DNA of 64,000 nucleotides from contig CM120646.1 of the NCBI GenBank assembly GCA_051362555.1, forward strand, positions 11,098,001 to 11,162,000. Reading direction: 5' to 3'. Source of the DNA: Lingula anatina. Lineage: Eukaryota > Animalia > Brachiopoda. The position numbers were made by a program, and so were the translations under genes. How positions within the stretch are numbered: the first letter of the stretch is position 1; every line of letters starts with the position of its first letter. A model generated the notes under the pieces. It ran no database searches and had not been told where the DNA came from. It saw only the letters and a list, made by a program, of their open reading frames with translations. Below, piece by piece: positions 60,401 through 64,000 of this stretch.

Positions 60401-63400
60401 CACACACACACAAACACATACACACACACACACACACACTTTGTACATTACACATACACATCACTGTAGATTTTATGTTCAAAGTATTTATAACCTAAAT
60501 TTTTTATTCACCCCCCCCCTCCTTTACATGAACATGATAGCTTTAAAGACGTCAGACCAAATACTTGGCAATTTGAAAAATGAACACATATTTGGGATGA
60601 ATAACTATGTGTACATGCCCTGGATTGCGTTTCCATTCCAGATAACAATCCGCTGTAAAGACATAACCAGCATGACCAAAGAGAAGACAGCCCGTGTGAT
60701 ACCAAATGCCATCCAGATTATTAGCAACAATGAGAAGTACTTCTTCACATCGTTTGGAGCCAGAGACAAGTCGTATTTGATGATGTTCCGGGTGTGGCAG
60801 AATGCTCTTATGGACCAGGTGATTATCTACAGACACTTTTTTAAAGGGATGTGTAAAAAAGGAAATTGATGTCATGATTTATTTTTGGTCTTGAATCCAA
60901 AGAAAGGTGACAGAGGGTTCATAATAACAATAATAATGATAATGATTATGATGATGATCATGATGATGATCATGATGATGATCTTCTCTGTAGCCAGTGA
61001 CAACCCAGGAAATATAGCCTAATTTACAAGAATGAGCTTGGTCTTCCTTTCAATTAATTAAATTTTGTATTTTCATTAAAAAAAAAAGAAGAAAATGATT
61101 TTTATCAGGATAATGATGATGATGATAATTTTCCCCACAGCCAATGACAGCCCAGGAGATGTGGCAGTGGGTTCACCTCAGTTACGGAGATGAACTTGGT
61201 TTGACGTCCAGTGATGATGACTATATCCCACCAGAAGAAGAAACTCCCAATACTTTCATCTCCAAAGATGCCTTGGATGAGGGCGGGGAAGAAAAGGTAA
61301 TGATGGATATTGTAGTTGGATTTGACGCTTGTTGGCACTTAAAGAAACTTGCAAAATATTTGATATTTGACATTGTGTGAAAAATTTATAGAAGCATTTG
61401 ACACCTGATAATGCTGTATGAAATTGCAAATATTTGATATTTAATAATTGTGGATAGTATTAAAAAGCATTTTATGCTTGATAATACTATATGAAACAGC
61501 AAATATGAAACAAATAGAGTGCAGTCCCCAGGGAACTACAAAGAATGTTGGACCCAGTGAGAGAAAATAGGTGTCCATGCTTTTTATTACTCTGAAGTTT
61601 TGTTCACGCTTTGTCCAACAGGTGGTGTGGGAACACAGAGTAGAAAACTAATATAACTGGAAAGAAAGTGTGATAGAGCTTCTGAAGCTTTATTCCTCAG
61701 CTTTTTCCAATCATTGTTACATTTTTTACCTCCTGACCATGAACTTTTTAATGCTTCCATTTTACTTCATAAAGTGAGGGCAAGGTGTGATTACATCTTT
61801 TTTTATCATTTTTGTGATATTTGAATAGTTGAAAAATTTTGCTCGGGATTTTTTACTTCTGTCATACTCGCCATCTGGTACCATTGATAAATGATTAATT
61901 GCAATCTAAATATATCTGGGAATGCGTTGATTTCTATTATAAATAGACAATTAATATGTCAATACATGATTAATAGGTTTTCTCATAGATATCAGAAACA
62001 AATATCAGAAATCAATATGAACACATGCATAAGAATGAAGTGACATGTGTTAATCAATGGGTCATTATACAAATGAAAGCAAAACAATTCATTAACAAGT
62101 AAGGATGTATATAATGCAAGACTTGAGCATTTTCATTGGATTTTCTCAGATCTGAAAAGCTTGTTTGGTTTGTGTTGGGAAACCAATACCAGGTGAATTC
62201 AGACATTGACTTTCTTGGGTTTGTTGTTTATCTAGTGAATTTGGCACACGGAGAGTAAAAATGGAGGGTGCATTCAAGTGCAGTTTATCACGAATACATT
62301 GTAAACTGCCCTTGAATTTCACTCAACATACAGAGTATTGAATGCTTTTTCTTATGGCCACATACTCCTAAGTGAATGAAGTTGATTGCAATATGTTGTA
62401 GTCAATATATAGGCCTTGCTATGGACTTTGTGAAGTGTGACATGACCTCAGTTATGTTCTATGGATGGTTGTCACTGATACAAGATCCCTTCAAAACATG
62501 CCTGAATGGTGGAAAAACCATTGCTTGACTCTAGCTTGGTCCATCTTTAGTTTTATCCAATTATTGTGTACATTATACTGTATAAACATAACTGATTCAA
62601 GACCATATAAAATCCAACCAGAATGTCAATTCACGTGAATGTGCGTAGAACTGCATTGTCGATACCGAGTGGCCGCGGTTCTAGATTACCACTGAAGTAT
62701 TGACGTATGAACACTTTGTAATTCGTACTCACCCCTTGTGCCTCACTGTGGGACTAACTAAGTAAGTAGCTTTTATTAACAACAAAAGGAGGATTTTACG
62801 GAAATAATCGGATCAGGTTTCCTCGTTAAGACCTGATTACATGTGTAGTAGACAGTGAGAACTTGTTACTGTGGCAGTGCCACTCTTATCATGACAGGGT
62901 TGATGGCATGAGCTTCATGTGTGATATGCCTGTGCTTCAAACTCAGGTTAGCAAGGAGAAAGTAAGTGGAGAGTTCCATGGTTACGTTGGTTTAATGGTT
63001 ACCCTTTTCAAAGTACAGATCTGTTGTTATTTATGAAATTATCTGTGGAATGACACTTGAAAAACAGAGGGCATTGGTGGCGAGAAAGGCAGTTTGGTGG
63101 TCAATACATAGGATGTGTGTGATGTATAAAGTTGGCAGCCCTATAAGGTAACCTCTCCACTGACCCTGTACATGTAGGAGCTGGTATTTTAGCTATATTT
63201 GTATTGATTAAGATGAGGAAGTATCATTTTAGGGGTTGATCCATCATACCACTTGGGGTTGCATCTTGCCCATCATGATTTCATGCTCATGTTCAGTTTG
63301 ATTCAAATATTTTTATTAATACTTATATTTGTTGTTTGCATGGTTTTCTGGATTATTCCAGATTTTCAGTCTTGACTTTGATCGTTTTCAGTCGTCATTT

Positions 63401-63850
63401 TGATCACCCACTAGCCCCTATTTACATTTTCAGGATTGTCAGTTTTTACAACTTTCACCCATGTCGGTTGTCACAAAAACTTGGATTTAGCTATTGGGTT
63501 TTGACCTGTGTATTGAACAAGGTCCTTGTGCAAATTGACATTGAATCAACCAGGCCTGTTTACTTCTGATCAATAACCTTTTTTAAACAAAAAACACCGA
63601 GCTGTGGCCACTATAATTTGGTAAGCCATGTACCTTTTCTCCACCCAGACTGACAATCCAGAGGACTTAATGGGGAAGATTTCCCCAACTGATGCTGTCT
63701 CTATGACAACCACAAGTAATGAGGATCTATATGACCACCTTGCGCCACCCTCACAGAATGGCCTGATTAACCTGGGGATGGTGAAGGCCGCGTCCTTCGA
63801 TAACCCGGACATGCCCACTGACTTTTCTGACGACTCTGAGGAAACGGAAG
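36319..63850 (+). CDS. GRAMD1B: GRAM domain-containing protein 1 (Aster family sterol transporter), 5' part; continues beyond the window
   Basis: Exons 36319-36476 (or 45239-45327), 53337-53498, 54835-55150, 57222-57306, 60203-60306, 60642-60818, 61141-61296, 63649-63850 join in frame. GRAM domain WYNVLSPTYKSKSEDLKKLF...DYSCALQRDILTHGRLYITQNWICFYAKIFGWET...KEKTARVIPNAIQI. Probably the single invertebrate co-ortholog of GRAMD1A/B/C. Confidence 0.93.
45239..45327 (+). CDS. GRAMD1B: GRAMD1 candidate alternative first coding exon 1b
   Basis: MAFIKSTSASALEGLNSTVTEIGGLFDKL followed by CG|GTAAGT, phase 2. Confidence 0.55.
45580..48940 (+). mobile_element. Helentron-associated (HINE/DINE-1-like) element, copy 2
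   Basis: 5' subTIR TATTGTACCACCAGC with adjacent partial IR GCTGGCGGTACA, (GCCGGCTCC)n microsatellite, 146-bp array, 3' subTIR GCTGGTGGTACAATA, hairpin GAGGCG-GTAT-CGCCTC, CTAG|TT end. Confidence 0.88.
46578..48730 (+). repeat. 146-bp satellite array, about 15 units, inside HINE copy 2
   Basis: GGTCC(A/G)TAGTT recurs every 146 bp from 46611 to 48654. Confidence 0.95.
50372..50675. mobile_element. Foldback/palindromic MITE, about 304 bp
   Basis: Arms of about 135 bp, AGATCGCATTCACAACGAGTTGAGCCAGG... / ...CCTGGCTCAACTCGTTGTGAATGCGATCT; TSD unclear. Confidence 0.8.
53337..53498 (+). CDS. GRAMD1B: GRAMD1 exon 2
   Basis: Phase 2-2; KKTSSDEGSSISGSSSSIVPHALSSLFTPDEERK...; GTGAGT donor. Confidence 0.8.
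54835..55150 (+). CDS. GRAMD1B: GRAMD1 exon 3 (Ser-rich, ends KKKKGNTWYN)
   Basis: Phase 2-0; the conserved WYN|VLSPTYK junction. Confidence 0.9.
55849..56063 (-). mobile_element. MITE family A, copy 6 (TAA TSD)
   Basis: Same core in reverse; TAA on both flanks. Confidence 0.85.
56067..56273. mobile_element. Family B-like MITE (TAA TSD)
   Basis: GACCCAATTCCCAT... / ...TAATGGGGTC ends, internal inverted arms, TAA flanks. Confidence 0.65.
57222..57306 (+). CDS. GRAMD1B: GRAMD1 exon 4 (GRAM start)
   Basis: VLSPTYKSKSEDLKKLFKDVPNDERLIV. Confidence 0.95.
57742..59860. mobile_element. Kolobok-like DNA transposon derivative, 2.1 kb
   Basis: TTAA TSD; TIR GGTCGGTGATAG / CTATCACCGGCC; CpG-richer than the host intron; short basic ORF remnant MGKRKVRVK at 58054. 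Confidence 0.75.
60203..60306 (+). CDS. GRAMD1B: GRAMD1 exon 5
   Basis: DYSCALQRDILTHGRLYITQNWICFYAKIFGWETA. Confidence 0.96.
60360..60460. repeat. Imperfect (CA)n microsatellite
   Basis: Seen directly in sequence. Confidence 0.8.
60642..60818 (+). CDS. GRAMD1B: GRAMD1 exon 6
   Basis: ITIRCKDITSMTKEKTARVIPNAIQIISNNEKYFFTSFGARDKSYLMMFRVWQNALMDQ. Confidence 0.96.
61141..61296 (+). CDS. GRAMD1B: GRAMD1 exon 7
   Basis: PMTAQEMWQWVHLSYGDELGLTSSDDDYIPP, resembling the Aster YG.ELGLTSDD.DYVPP motif. Confidence 0.94.
63649..63850 (+). CDS. GRAMD1B: GRAMD1 exon 8 (linker)
   Basis: TDNPEDLMGK...MPTDFSDDSEETE; cccAG acceptor and G|GTATGT donor. Confidence 0.82.
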
Positions 63851-64000
63851 GTATGTGTCAGTAAAAGTATGAAATGGTTTGTTTAAGCCTAGATTACATT
63901 TGAAATGCAATGCCTGTACGGTACACTTATATTGCCCGTGATACCCTTTTTGTACAGCGTTTGAGCGGAGGTAGATGGTGGCCATGTGAAATCCCAGGGA

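Noticed and set aside
63958-64000. Next GRAMD1 exon at the window end
   Set aside because: The acceptor at 63957 gives an immediate stop; an alternative AG at 63974 is open but too short to support.
1-64000. tRNA, rRNA, snRNA genes or prokaryotic-type systems
   Set aside because: None were recognisable by eye; tRNAscan-SE and Infernal/Rfam would be needed to exclude small ncRNAs.

Overview
AT-rich, intron-rich animal genomic DNA, probably a marine invertebrate such as a mollusc or other lophotrochozoan (inferred from composition and repeat types). Four spliced genes were reconstructed by hand from GT-AG sites and frame continuity: FSTL1-like (+, 1..17738, 5' end possibly outside the window), UFC1 (-, 19641..21556, complete, 167 aa), IFT46 (-, 22714..35984, complete) and a GRAMD1/Aster-family gene (+, from 36319, running off the window end). 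IFT46 and GRAMD1 are divergent with ATGs about 335 bp apart. Introns carry non-autonomous DNA transposons: PIF/Harbinger MITEs, a nested Harbinger/hAT5-like composite, Kolobok-like TTAA elements, and two inverted Helentron/HINE-like copies with 146-bp satellite arrays. Highlights: a pair of probably mutually exclusive acidic exons in IFT46; alternative phase-2 first exons and a tandemly duplicated acceptor in GRAMD1; inverted HINE copies in phase-matched introns that could in principle swap the 5' ends of IFT46 and GRAMD1 in frame; and a His/basic C-terminal extension on FSTL1. Most ORF-track entries are spurious intronic ORFs. All homology calls are from recalled sequence, not from database searches.
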